Below are positions 1 to 9,402 of a stretch of 64,000 nt of DNA, piece by piece. The translations under genes and the position numbers were made by a program. The stretch spans positions 15,998 through 79,997 of the forward strand of contig JBBTRR010000004.1 in the NCBI GenBank assembly GCA_038065095.1. Reading direction: 5' to 3'. Within the stretch, counting starts at the first letter, position 1. Each line of letters begins with the position of its first letter. The notes under the pieces are model-generated. The model saw only the letters and a list, made by a program, of their open reading frames with translations, was not told where the DNA came from and ran no database searches. This DNA comes from Patescibacteria group bacterium. Lineage in GTDB: Bacteria; Patescibacteriota; Minisyncoccia; JACQLN01.

Positions 1-2590
1 CATTGTCGCCACCTTTTACCCCAAGAGTTTTTCTGCTTTCAACATTTTCATCCCTGCTTCCCGCTACGGTTTCTTTTGTAGGAAGGAACTCGCCAATAGC
101 ATCAGTTATTTCGCTTTGGTGTGTGCTAATTTTGCCTTCGCGTTCTGTTAATTCAGAGTCTATTTTGTCAACGTTAAAAGGTTTGCTTGTAGTTACTCCC
201 TCTGTAATAGTTGTTATGGTTAAAGATTCAGCCGTGGCCGTGCCTATACTTTTAACTTCTTGTAAGAAGTCGATAGACGGCATTTTACTGATTAAATCTA
301 AAACCCTGTCTATGTTCATCTTATTTATGTCCGATTTTTCTTCTATACCAAATGTTTCTTTTAATTCGTCAAAATGTGAGGTTAGTGTATTTTTTAGCGA
401 TGCCTCTACTAAAATAAGGGTTTTATCAATGATTTCTACCTTTGTTTTAGCTTTGGCCTTTTCGTCAGGCGGTGTTTGATCACTATCTCTTATTTTTTCT
501 AAATTTATTTTCCAAGTATTTCTTGCGTTTCTTTGGCTGTCCATCGCAGTTTTTCTTAAATCCGTCAATTCTGCTTCGTTTTCTGTTTGATCGCGCAATT
601 CTACATAGTTTTGGAGTGCTCCCAAAGCGCCTGTTTCTCGGGCGGCGCTATCGTAATCGGTTAACAAAGAATCGTATTGACTAATCACGGGCAATACAGA
701 ATTCATATATTCCATGTCATCGCCGTCACCCTCAATGTCGTTTTGAAAAGTTGCTAAAAGTTTTTTAGCGTTGTCTATCAATCCAGTGTAGGAGTTAGCT
801 ATGTTAAGGTACAAATTTTTGTTTGATCCCGCTCTGGTTAAAGCTAAAGAAAGATACTCTTTTTTCCATGTTGTAGGTGTGGTTTCTACCAATCCATCAT
901 TTTCTTCGCCTGGGGATCGTGTGAATAATAGTTGGTAGTATATATTTACTGTGTTTGTTACTTTAACAATCTTACCCTCTTTGTCGGTGAATGGCATATC
1001 TTCTTTTTTGGGATGTTCAAAGAATCTAACGTCGCTTATTTTTGAACTACAACTGTTGCGAAGTTGATCGCTTTCCGCCGAGTTAAAACTTTTTAGAGTT
1101 TGAATTATACTATCCCATTTGGAAGCGGTAACTTCGTTTAAAGCTTGATTAGCTAGGTAAGGGCCGGGGTTTTTAGATTCATCGTTAAGCTTTGCTCTTT
1201 CGTATTGAAGGTCAATGATATCATCTGCATCGTTTAGACCTCCGGTAGTTTTAAAATTGAAACCTTCTAATTTTTGTTTAAAAGTGCCTATGGTATTTTC
1301 GCCACGGGTTAATGAGCTTAATTGAGTGGATAATTTTTGGACGTTATTTTGAAAAGATAAAACTCGGTTAAGAAGATCGCTGGAAACCGGGCTTTCAGCG
1401 CCTATTACGGGCGGTAGTATCGCAGCTTGACCGTAGTAACCTGCGCCACCAGCTTTGGTAGCTTGGGTATAAGAGCCTGGCCCACTATTCATTTTAGACA
1501 GACCAGTTCTGGCTGCCCTGTTTACAGCTGCGTCTATTACTGCGTTGACTATCTCCCCAAGTTCTTTTGCGTTTATTAATGGGTCTAGCGATAATTTTTC
1601 TAAACCACCGCCAACCCAATCGCCCACAATACTGCCTGGGGTTATTGTTTCTTCTTCGGAACAGGTAGCTCCTATAGGTATGCCTACTTTGGGATCATAA
1701 TCTTGTATTCTGGATTCTCCTGTGGGGGTAAGACGTACGGAAGGTATGTTTACGTCGGTTATCGGAACTCCATCTATGGACTCACCAAAAATTAATGGCC
1801 AATCATAATTACCATCAGCATCTATGGCTAATAATTTGTTACCAAGATCAACCTCGTGTACGCCACCATACGGAGTGTCTTCAGAAAAAAATATTTTATA
1901 AAATGGAATTTCTATTTTGGTGCATTTTTTTGAGTCCAAGAATCCTTTGCCCGCCGTTATTTTTGCTATGGCTGTGTTTCCAGCTAAAGCTGCTTCCGCG
2001 CCTATAAGTTGCGTAGAAGCTAAGTATGTTCCAGGTAGTGTGTTTCTTGTTTCGTGCAGTTTTAACCAAGCTGTCCAGCCACCATCTTCAAAGTTGTTGG
2101 CGAATGCTTCCATATTTTTTTTGACGTCCGTCCAATTGCAACGCAACTGTTCTTCTTGTAATAATTTGGTTCTGTTTACCAGAAATTGAACATTGGCTTT
2201 AAATGGGGAACAAATATCAGAGCCTTGTTCGAGAAAAAATTTATCTATGGTTGATATCGTTGCAAATTTAATTTCATTTTTAATAAACTTTTTAGGATTT
2301 GTTATAAATCTTGGCTTACCGTTGCCCTGTACCCAATTAACTAAATCGTTTTGAATTTGGATAAGGTATCTTTTTTTTAGAGTTTGAAAAGCGAGATCGC
2401 CCCACTTGCCGTATTTCTTTTTAAAGTCCTCGGCTTTTTTAGCGAGGTCTTTTAGCTTTATATTGAAAGTTACTCCGCCGAATTGAGCTTGAGTTTCTTT
2501 GGGTTGGACAGGGTAAACAAAAGCAAAAATAAAAGACAAAATTATTCCAGTAGAAACGATGGCTACTTTTATATTAGTTGGCTTGTTCAT
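1..2590 (-). CDS. Large secreted/membrane-anchored hypothetical protein (>860 aa, runs off window start); absent from the ORF track
   Basis: ATG at 2590 overlaps the upstream stop (ATGA). Hand translation gives MNKPTNIKVAIVSTGIILSFIFAFVYP...WVQGNGKPRFITNP...ICSPF...FEDGGWTAW...GKGFLDSKKC...TPGSIVG. About 370 codons were checked by eye; openness to base 1 is inferred from its absence in the stop-terminated ORF track. Confidence 0.8.
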   Translation of the reverse strand, partial: MNKPTNIKVAIVSTGIILSFIFAFVYPVQPKETQAQFGGVTFNIKLKDLAKKAEDFKKKYGKWGDLAFQTLKKRYLIQIQNDLVNWVQGNGKPRFITNPKKFIKNEIKFATISTIDKFFLEQGSDICSPFKANVQFLVNRTKLLQEEQLRCNWTDVKKNMEAFANNFEDGGWTAWLKLHETRNTLPGTYLASTQLIGAEAALAGNTAIAKITAGKGFLDSKKCTKIEIPFYKIFFSEDTPYGGVHEVDLGNKLLAIDADGNYDWPLIFGESIDGVPITDVNIPSVRLTPTGESRIQDYDPKVGIPIGATCSEEETITPGSIVGDWVGGGLEKLSLDPLINAKELGEIVNAVIDAAVNRAARTGLSKMNSGPGSYTQATKAGGAGYYGQAAILPPVIGAESPVSSDLLNRVLSFQNNVQKLSTQLSSLTRGENTIGTFKQKLEGFNFKTTGGLNDADDIIDLQYERAKLNDESKNPGPYLANQALNEVTASKWDSIIQTLKSFNSAESDQLRNSCSSKISDVRFFEHPKKEDMPFTDKEGKIVKVTNTVNIYYQLLFTRSPGEENDGLVETTPTTWKKEYLSLALTRAGSNKNLYLNIANSYTGLIDNAKKLLATFQNDIEGDGDDMEYMNSVLPVISQYDSLLTDYDSAARETGALGALQNYVELRDQTENEAELTDLRKTAMDSQRNARNTWKINLEKIRDSDQTPPDEKAKAKTKVEIIDKTLILVEASLKNTLTSHFDELKETFGIEEKSDINKMNIDRVLDLISKMPSIDFLQEVKSIGTATAESLTITTITEGVTTSKPFNVDKIDSELTEREGKISTHQSEITDAIGEFLPTKETVAGSRDENVESRKTLGVKGGDN

Positions 2591-3375
2591 TTTTGCGTGG
2601 CCGAAGTTTTGGCATAATCATTTAAAGTTTGTTGCCAAAAATAAGTTACACTATCCATTTGATTCAAAGTCATAAGTGATTTTAGTGGATCTTCCAAATC
2701 ACCCTTCATAACTTCTACTATTTTTTTTGCGCTAATAACGCTGATCATAAGATTTTTATGAAGATTTAAATATTTAGGTGGAATTTCTATTTCCGACAAG
2801 TTTCTAAAAGAATCCCCAAGGGTATTGGAATAAGAATTTAATTTATTTTGAACTCCCTCGTCGCTCAGTTTTTCCAAATCTATTTCTAAAATATTTGTCA
2901 TAGCTGTTAATATTTTTTCTGTTTCTTTTTTTGTTGAGTCAAAATATTTTTTACGGTTAGCTGATGAATCATTGGAAGTTTTAAGAACAGATGTTGGTAT
3001 TATAGGGAATAAGTTTATTTCGTTAGATTTAAAATATGGCATAACAGTTTCCACTAAAAAATCGGAGCTTTGAACTTTTTGAGCCGAAACACTTGTTAGC
3101 CCAGCCGTATCAATAACTGTACTTAGAAATTCATCTGTTAAATTTTTATCTTCTGGAGCAACGTAGGCGTTTTGATTTTCTTTTTCTTGCTCGTTAAGCT
3201 TTAAAAGCTCGCCTAAAAGTTCATCGCTGGTTTTGCCAGCCGATAATGGAGTAGAAGCTTCATCTACACCATAACTAACAGTTGTTTTTAAAACCAAGTA
3301 AGCGCCACCAAAAATACCTAGCAAGAAAACCAAAACCAAGCCAAACCAAAAGTATTTTCTGGGGTGATTAGTCAT
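2587..3375 (-). CDS. Hypothetical protein with N-terminal TM anchor
   Basis: 262 aa ORF with a single N-terminal hydrophobic helix, translationally coupled to the downstream gene. Confidence 0.8.
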   Translation of the reverse strand: MTNHPRKYFWFGLVLVFLLGIFGGAYLVLKTTVSYGVDEASTPLSAGKTSDELLGELLKLNEQEKENQNAYVAPEDKNLTDEFLSTVIDTAGLTSVSAQKVQSSDFLVETVMPYFKSNEINLFPIIPTSVLKTSNDSSANRKKYFDSTKKETEKILTAMTNILEIDLEKLSDEGVQNKLNSYSNTLGDSFRNLSEIEIPPKYLNLHKNLMISVISAKKIVEVMKGDLEDPLKSLMTLNQMDSVTYFWQQTLNDYAKTSATQK

Positions 3376-3505
3376 TAGGTAAATTTTAACACTATTGACG
3401 GGTTTTTACGTCGTCGAATATATCAATGTTTTCCACAGAAAAATGGCAAAAACATTACTAAACTATTATAAGAAATGTCTAATTTAAAATGATTAAAAAT
3501 TCTTC

Positions 3506-3541
3506 AAGGCTAAACCTTGGGGATTCTTAAGGTTTAGCCTT
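3506..3541. repeat. Inverted repeat AAGGCTAAACCTT / AAGGTTTAGCCTT
   Basis: 13-bp perfect arms; related CAGGGTTTAGCCTTG near 27485. Confidence 0.7.
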
Positions 3542-3585
3542 AGGTTTAAGATTTTTATCATTAGACCTTGATTAGATATTTGAGC

Positions 3586-4488
3586 TTAGGCATTTGTCAT
3601 TATTTTTTCATATAATGCCTTAAGTGTTTTGATATCTAGGTTCTGGGCTCTAATTTTTTTATCAAATTTAAGTTCGTTAAAGATGTTTTCTAGTTCATCG
3701 GGTTTAGCCGAATTTGTTTTTTTAAGGTTGTTAAAAAGTGTCTGCCGAGGCTGTTTAAATGCTTTTCTTAGAAATTCTATAAATTCGCTAAATTCATTGC
3801 CCTTAAATTCATTATCTTTAGTTCCAACTCTAAACGTGTCATGAGCATACGATCGTAAGCTCGGGACACATAAGTAAGGAGTCAGCCTGATTATCACAGA
3901 GTCTACTTTTGGTTGGGGCCAGAAGTTTTCTTTGCCTACTTTAAACAGAATTTCGGTTTCAGCCATAAATTGTATTAACGAAGAAAGATAGTTCGCCTTT
4001 GGTGGCTGGGCCGTAATCCGCTCGCCCACCTCTTTTTGAACCATAAGTATCAATTCCGAAGGCTTATTAGTGGAAAGCAGGAATTTTTGGATCAGTTTGC
4101 CCGTTAAATAGTAAGGAATATTGGCAATTATCCGATACGGAGATTTGAGAATTTTTTCGTCAAATTTTAAAATATCCCCCTCAATAATTTTTAATTTGCT
4201 TGCCCCGAGCTTGGTCGAGGGGTAATTTTGAGATTTTAATTTCAACAATTCGGTCAAATTATCATCTTTCTCTATCGCTATTATATTTGCTCCAGCTTCC
4301 AATAACGCCATAGTCAGATTTCCTGTGCCTGGTCCAACTTCTAAAATATTCTCACCACTTTTAATTTTAGCTTCTATAATTATGCGTTTTATTATTTCTT
4401 CGGAAACTAAAAAATTTTGACCAAAATGCTTTATTGGTTGTAAGTTTTTTTGTTTTAATTTGGATTTAGTTTCTTTAACTAGTTTCAT
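3586..4488 (-). CDS. rsmA: 16S rRNA adenine dimethyltransferase RsmA/KsgA, carrying two in-frame palindromic inserts
   Basis: GQNFL, LEVGPGTG, IANIPYY, F.PQPKVDS motifs. Confidence 0.96.
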   Translation of the reverse strand: MKLVKETKSKLKQKNLQPIKHFGQNFLVSEEIIKRIIIEAKIKSGENILEVGPGTGNLTMALLEAGANIIAIEKDDNLTELLKLKSQNYPSTKLGASKLKIIEGDILKFDEKILKSPYRIIANIPYYLTGKLIQKFLLSTNKPSELILMVQKEVGERITAQPPKANYLSSLIQFMAETEILFKVGKENFWPQPKVDSVIIRLTPYLCVPSLRSYAHDTFRVGTKDNEFKGNEFSEFIEFLRKAFKQPRQTLFNNLKKTNSAKPDELENIFNELKFDKKIRAQNLDIKTLKALYEKIMTNA

Positions 4489-4604
4489 ATTTTAAATAGT
4501 CTGGATATAAAAAATCAAAGTGTAAAATGAAAAATGGCAGATCAAGATTTAAAAATTATTTTTCTATCTTTAATATGTCATTTTTATATTTAATTTTTAA
4601 TGTT

Positions 4605-6518
4605 TTATATCTCCAATATTTCCTCTCCCATTTCGTATTCTTCAAACTCCACCAACCTTACTGGTATATCACCCAAAAAACGCGAAGGCAAGGCGGGTTC
4701 ACTTTTACCATAAATAGTTCTGCGGCGAGTAAATACAAAATAAGTCTTTTCTTTGGCCCGGGTTATGCCAACATAGGCGAGTCGTCTTTCCTCTTCCATT
4801 TGGGCAGGTTCAAACATACTTCGGGAATGTGGCAGTAAGCCTTCTTCGGCGCCAATAATAAACACTATAGGAAATTCTAAGCCTTTGGCCGAATGAAGTG
4901 TCATTAAGTTTAATGTGCCGTTTTCTTCGGAGATATCGTCGGCCGAAGTGGTTAGAGTTATTTCTTCTAAAAAAGAATAAAGCCCTTCTTGTGGTTCTAA
5001 CGAATCAAATTTAGTGGCTACTGTGGTAAGTTCTAAAATATTTTCCCAACGAGCCGCGCCTTCTTCGGTGCCATCTAAACAATAATTTTTATAATTTATT
5101 TTTTCTAGTAAAGATTTTATTAGTTCGGAAACCTTTTTATTCTCGGATTCTTTTTTAATTTCGTTAATTAAACTTAAAAAGTTTTCAAACTTAGTGTGTT
5201 TAAAATCAAAAATATTTTCGGTAAAAAGCACTTGGCTTAATGTGGTCTTACCAATACCGCGCGGTGGCACATTAACAATTCTTTTTAAACTAATAGAATC
5301 TTTTTGGTTTTGAATAAATCTTAAATAAGCAATAATATCTTTAACTTCACGGCGTTCGTAAAATTTTATGGCGCCTACCATTCGGTACGGCCAACCTGCC
5401 CTAATAATGGCCTCTTCTATGGCGCGCGATTGCGCATTGGTGCGGTAAAGAATAACAAAATCGTTAAGATCTCGGGCTATTTCTGGTTTGGCTCTTAATA
5501 TTTTTTTAATTTCTTCGGTTACAAAAAAACCTTCCTCCATTTCGTTGGCGGTTTGAACTATCTTAATTTTTTCGCCTGCGCCACGCTCGGTCCATAATTT
5601 TTTTTCTGTTTTAAAAACATTTTTGGCAATAACCGCATGAGCCGCGTCTAAAACATTTTGGGAGCTTCTATAATTTTCTTCTAAAAATATTATTTTTGTG
5701 CCAGAGTAATCTTTTTCAAAGTTAAGCATGTTTCTAAAATCGGAACCGCGAAAAAGATAAATTGATTGCCAATCGTCGCCCACCACACAAATATTTTTAT
5801 GTTTTTCGGCCAGCATTTTTAACAAGGTATATTGAACATGGTTGGTGTCTTGGTATTCGTCTACCAAAATATATTTAAATTTATTTTGATATTTGGCTAA
5901 TACTTCTGGATTATTTTTAAAAACTTTAACCAAAAGAAAAAGTAAATCATCAAAATCTAAAGCATTAGCTTCTTTTAATTTACTTTCATATTTTTCGAAA
6001 ACTTTAGCTATTATTTTTTCTCTAAAGCTACCAGCCCTTTCTGAATAAATCGTGGCATCAACCAACTCATTTTTTTGACGTGATATTGTTGAATATATTC
6101 CAGTGGCTTTAAATTGATCTGAATCTAGGCCAAGCTCGGCAATAATTTCTTTTAATAAAGAAATTACGTCGCTGACATCGTATATAACAAAATTTTTGCC
6201 GTAACCTATATTATGTATTTCGTGCCTCAAAAGCCTGGCGGCAAAAGAATGAAACGTGCCCAAAAAAACAGACATATTTTTGTCGGCGCCTAAAAGATTT
6301 TGAACACGATTTTTCATTTCGCCGGCAGCCTTATTGGTAAAAGTTAAAGCTAGAATATTTTCGGGAGCAATTCCTTGTTCTATTAAATAAGCAATTCTGT
6401 GTGTAAGAGCTTTTGTTTTTCCGCTTCCTGCACCAGCAATTATTAAAACTGGACCATTTATAGTGGTTACCGCTTCTTGTTGTTCTTTATTTAAATTTTT
6501 TAAGATGTCGGACATCAC
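4605..6518 (-). CDS. pcrA: ATP-dependent DNA helicase PcrA/UvrD
   Basis: AGAGSGKT, LTFTNKAA, VDEYQDTN, VGDDWQSIY, TLHSAKGLEF, EERRLAYVGITRA. Confidence 0.95.
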   Translation of the reverse strand: MMSDILKNLNKEQQEAVTTINGPVLIIAGAGSGKTKALTHRIAYLIEQGIAPENILALTFTNKAAGEMKNRVQNLLGADKNMSVFLGTFHSFAARLLRHEIHNIGYGKNFVIYDVSDVISLLKEIIAELGLDSDQFKATGIYSTISRQKNELVDATIYSERAGSFREKIIAKVFEKYESKLKEANALDFDDLLFLLVKVFKNNPEVLAKYQNKFKYILVDEYQDTNHVQYTLLKMLAEKHKNICVVGDDWQSIYLFRGSDFRNMLNFEKDYSGTKIIFLEENYRSSQNVLDAAHAVIAKNVFKTEKKLWTERGAGEKIKIVQTANEMEEGFFVTEEIKKILRAKPEIARDLNDFVILYRTNAQSRAIEEAIIRAGWPYRMVGAIKFYERREVKDIIAYLRFIQNQKDSISLKRIVNVPPRGIGKTTLSQVLFTENIFDFKHTKFENFLSLINEIKKESENKKVSELIKSLLEKINYKNYCLDGTEEGAARWENILELTTVATKFDSLEPQEGLYSFLEEITLTTSADDISEENGTLNLMTLHSAKGLEFPIVFIIGAEEGLLPHSRSMFEPAQMEEERRLAYVGITRAKEKTYFVFTRRRTIYGKSEPALPSRFLGDIPVRLVEFEEYEMGEEILEI

Positions 6519-6534
6519 AAAATTATAGCAGATT

Positions 6535-6722
6535 ATTAATTTTCAATTATCAATTCACAATTATCAATGAATTTTCAAGGTCTTAATTTTCAAACCCATT
6601 TGATAATTGAATCATTGTTTGACCCCCGTAGTCTTGCCGTGCCACTCCATAGCCTTTGGCGAAGGGCGGGCGAAGTGGGAGAGTTTGATTGAAAATTGAA
6701 CATTGTAAATTGAAAATTTGAA
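6535..6722. repeat. Inverted heptamer-array element (TCAATT.. / ..AATTGA) with a nested hairpin element at 6620-6680
   Basis: Shares CAATTATCAATGAATTTTCAA and GAAAATTGAACATTGTAAATTGAAAATTT with 31777-31871. The reverse complement of 6640-6674 matches 58180-58214 at 33/35. Confidence 0.75.
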
Positions 6723-6965
6723 TCAACTGGATCTGTGGACTACCTGATTGACCCAATGTCTCAAAAAAGCTATCATTTACCTATAACCTTGCCTTGCAGG
6801 GTTTTGTGCTTAAATAAGCTTTCTAAGCCAATATTCAGCTATTTTGGGGCTAGAGTAATTATCTAGCCAGATTAGTTTAGTAGAGGTCAATATCCGATTA
6901 GTATTTGGTATAAAATTTTATCTTTTTACGAAAACATTCTCGCTTCTTTAAAGAGTAAGCGAGTT

Positions 6966-8084
6966 TTGTTCTTAAGCTTTTCATTATCTAGAAAACTGAT
7001 ATACACATCAGTTTTTTTGTTTGTCCTATCTTTTGGATCAATTTTATTTTTTTCTGGTAATAATTCTGCTAGTTTAGATTCGGATAATAAGAGTATAGTA
7101 GAAGAAATAGATACTGGGGATGAAAGTTTTTTAAAAAAGATAATACCTCAAGAATCTCCGGTAACCTCGGCTATTTTATTTGCTGGTAATTTAGAAAGTA
7201 GAATTAGCGGAGTATTTCGTGGAACAAATTCAAATGGGGTTTTGGGTGGTCCAGAGGATAGTGCGAGTAATTTAGAAACAGCCGGCAATGCTTTAGTAGC
7301 ACAGGGTTCGATATTGGCTATAATTCCAGCAAACACAGATAGTTTTGTATCAGACGGAAACATATTTACCTACGAAATTGAAACTGGAGACAGTTTGGAA
7401 TCAATCGCTAACGATTTTGGTGTTTCAGTTGATACATTACTTAGCGCTAATAACTTACCCAAAGGAACTAAACTAAAAGTTGGCGATAAACTTTCAGTTT
7501 TACCGGTTGATGGTGTTAGACACACTATAAAATCTGGAGACACTATTAAATCTATCGCTATTAAATATAATGCCGATGAAGTTAGAATAATTGCTTTTAA
7601 TGATTTACCCGACGATGGCAAAATTGTTACAGGACAAATTTTAACAATTCCTGGTGGCGAATACCACGTACCAATAAGTATAAGGTATGCGCCGTCTCAA
7701 AATCCATCTGCCGAAAGTTTGCCGATTATTACAGGTTACTATGGTCGTCCATCTAATGGGCGAATAACATTTGGTTTACACAGGTTCAACGCTGTAGATA
7801 TTGGTGGACACGAATGGTGCAATACCCCTCTCTACGCTTCAGCCGCAGGCATTATTATTACTGCCGATGCTCAAGGTTGGAATGGTGGTTATGGTAAATA
7901 TATAAAAATTTCGCACGATAATGGCACTATTACTTTGTATGCCCACGCTTCGCAACTTTTAGTAAGCGAGGGCCAGAGTGTTAAAAAAAGCCAAACCATA
8001 GCTTTGATGGGTTCTACCGGCAATACTACCGGTTGCCATGTTCACTTTGAAGTCCGTGGCGCTAAAAACCCTTTCGCGAACTAG
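6966..8084 (+). CDS. LysM-LysM-M23 peptidoglycan endopeptidase (start uncertain)
   Basis: Two LysM repeats (YEIETGDSLESIA, HTIKSGDTIKSIA); M23 motifs H...D, GGYG, LYAH, GSTGNTTGCHVHFEVR. Confidence 0.92.
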   Translation: MFLSFSLSRKLIYTSVFLFVLSFGSILFFSGNNSASLDSDNKSIVEEIDTGDESFLKKIIPQESPVTSAILFAGNLESRISGVFRGTNSNGVLGGPEDSASNLETAGNALVAQGSILAIIPANTDSFVSDGNIFTYEIETGDSLESIANDFGVSVDTLLSANNLPKGTKLKVGDKLSVLPVDGVRHTIKSGDTIKSIAIKYNADEVRIIAFNDLPDDGKIVTGQILTIPGGEYHVPISIRYAPSQNPSAESLPIITGYYGRPSNGRITFGLHRFNAVDIGGHEWCNTPLYASAAGIIITADAQGWNGGYGKYIKISHDNGTITLYAHASQLLVSEGQSVKKSQTIALMGSTGNTTGCHVHFEVRGAKNPFAN

Positions 8085-8115
8085 TTTGTAAAATATATTT
8101 ATTGAACAAACATAA

Positions 8116-8430
8116 ATGGAGGTTAAAATTTTTGACGATAATTTAGAAAAGTTCATAAAATCGCTGGAAAAACCAACTATAGCCAAAGTGCTGCGCATAA
8201 TTGATCTCTTGGAACTTTTTGGAAATAAATTGAATATGCCCCACAGCAAAAAAGTAGCTGTTCATCTTTTTGAATTAAGGGTAAGAGGCATTCAAGATGT
8301 GAGAATTTTATATGCTTTTAATAAAGGAGAAGTAGTATTACTCCACGGCTTTATAAAAAAGAGCAGTCGTATTCCTAAAAAAGAAATAGATATTGCCTTG
8401 AGTAAGTTGAATCGCTTGACTCGTGTATAA
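8116..8430 (+). CDS. RelE/HigB (Gp49-like) toxin
   Basis: MPHSKK..LFELRVRG..VRILY..VVLLHGFIKKS..P.KEI.IA. Confidence 0.9.
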   Translation: MEVKIFDDNLEKFIKSLEKPTIAKVLRIIDLLELFGNKLNMPHSKKVAVHLFELRVRGIQDVRILYAFNKGEVVLLHGFIKKSSRIPKKEIDIALSKLNRLTRV

Positions 8431-8445
8431 CGTATAAGTTATAGT
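8416..8445 (+). promoter_or_regulatory. Internal sigma70 promoter for the antitoxin, overlapping the palindrome TATAAC-N6-GTTATA
   Basis: TTGACT-18-TATAGT, 6 nt before the ATG. Confidence 0.55.
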
Positions 8446-8451
8446 GGAATT

Positions 8452-8730
8452 ATGAAAAAATACTCTGTATTAAAAAAACAACTTCTTAAAGATAAAATTG
8501 TAAAAAAGGTCTACGATGATTTAGGGTCGGAATTTAAGGTTATAGCTCTGTTCATTAAAAAGCGGTTAGAAAAAGGTTTAACTCAACAGGAACTAGCCCG
8601 TCGGATTGGCACTAAACAATCGGCTATTGCCCGCTTTGAATCTGGCACTTATAATCCCACTATAGATTTTTTAAATAAAGTTGCCTTAGGCTTAAACACT
8701 CGCATTAAGATTTCAATAGATTTTAAATAA
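8452..8730 (+). CDS. HigA-like XRE HTH antitoxin
   Basis: GLTQQELARRIGTKQSAIARFESG..NPT. Confidence 0.92.
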   Translation: MKKYSVLKKQLLKDKIVKKVYDDLGSEFKVIALFIKKRLEKGLTQQELARRIGTKQSAIARFESGTYNPTIDFLNKVALGLNTRIKISIDFK

Positions 8731-8786
8731 ATATCTTTGTAATCCGTGGCGCTAAAAACCCTTTCGCGAACTAAATAAATTTAATT

Positions 8787-8824
8787 AAAAAAACCGCCCC
8801 GATCCTATATCGGGGCGGTTTTTT
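8787..8824. terminator. Bidirectional intrinsic terminator
   Basis: A-tract CCGCCCCGAT-loop-ATCGGGGCGG T-tract between convergent genes. Confidence 0.85.
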
Positions 8825-8826
8825 GT

Positions 8827-9087
8827 TTACCGATACAAATGGCTGTGACTATTAACAGCTACAAAAATAGCCACGTCTTTTGTATCTTGTTTATATATAG
8901 CTCTTAAATCGCCGCTTATGTTTATGCTTCTATAGCTAGCATATTTACCCTCAAGAGGGTGATTATTTAGAATGGGGTTAAATATGTCTAAAAGAAAAAT
9001 CGTCAATCTTTCTTTTAGCTTAGATTGCTCGTTCGCTTTTAGTTTCTGAAATTGCTTTTCAAAGTTTCTATGAAAACGAATAATCAT
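8827..9087 (-). CDS. RelE/YafQ-family toxin
   Basis: FEKQFQKL...LNNHPLEGKY..YRSINISGDLRAIY...SHSHLY. Confidence 0.88.
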   Translation of the reverse strand: MIIRFHRNFEKQFQKLKANEQSKLKERLTIFLLDIFNPILNNHPLEGKYASYRSINISGDLRAIYKQDTKDVAIFVAVNSHSHLYR

Positions 9088-9362
9088 AAAGTATTAAGAT
9101 ACTTTATGGCTTTGTCGGCCGAATCAAAAGATGGCGACAAATTCTTTTTTGTTTGAATGTCTTTTTCTATGCCACCTAAAAGACGCTCAAATTCAGGCGT
9201 CATTTGAGGAATACTAGAGAAATAAACTTCACGACTGCGAATGAAGTTTCTTAAAGCCGCGTTTATTACATCGCTTAAAGATAAGCCTAAATCCTTAGCT
9301 AGTTTCTGAACCGTATTTTTTATTTCTTTTTCGGTTTTAATGTTTATTATAGTTTTTGACAT
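9084..9362 (-). CDS. RelB/DinJ-family antitoxin
   Basis: INIKTEKEIK...LGLSLSDVINAALRNF (RHH); ATGA overlap with the toxin; upstream TTGACT-17-TATACT. Confidence 0.88.
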   Translation of the reverse strand: MSKTIINIKTEKEIKNTVQKLAKDLGLSLSDVINAALRNFIRSREVYFSSIPQMTPEFERLLGGIEKDIQTKKNLSPSFDSADKAIKYLNTL

Positions 9363-9402
9363 ATAACTAAAGTATATACAACAGTTAGGTATGAGTCAAT
9401 CT

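Larger units (their letters stand above)
8053..8773 (+). mobile_element. TA cassette flanked by a 31-bp direct repeat of the M23 gene 3' end
   Basis: TCCGTGGCGCTAAAAACCCTTTCGCGAACTA at 8053-8083 and 8743-8773. Confidence 0.8.

Noticed and set aside
3-2189. Plus-strand ORFs 3-479, 472-684, 1795-2007, 1917-2189
   Set aside because: Antisense shadows of the long minus-strand gene starting at 2590.
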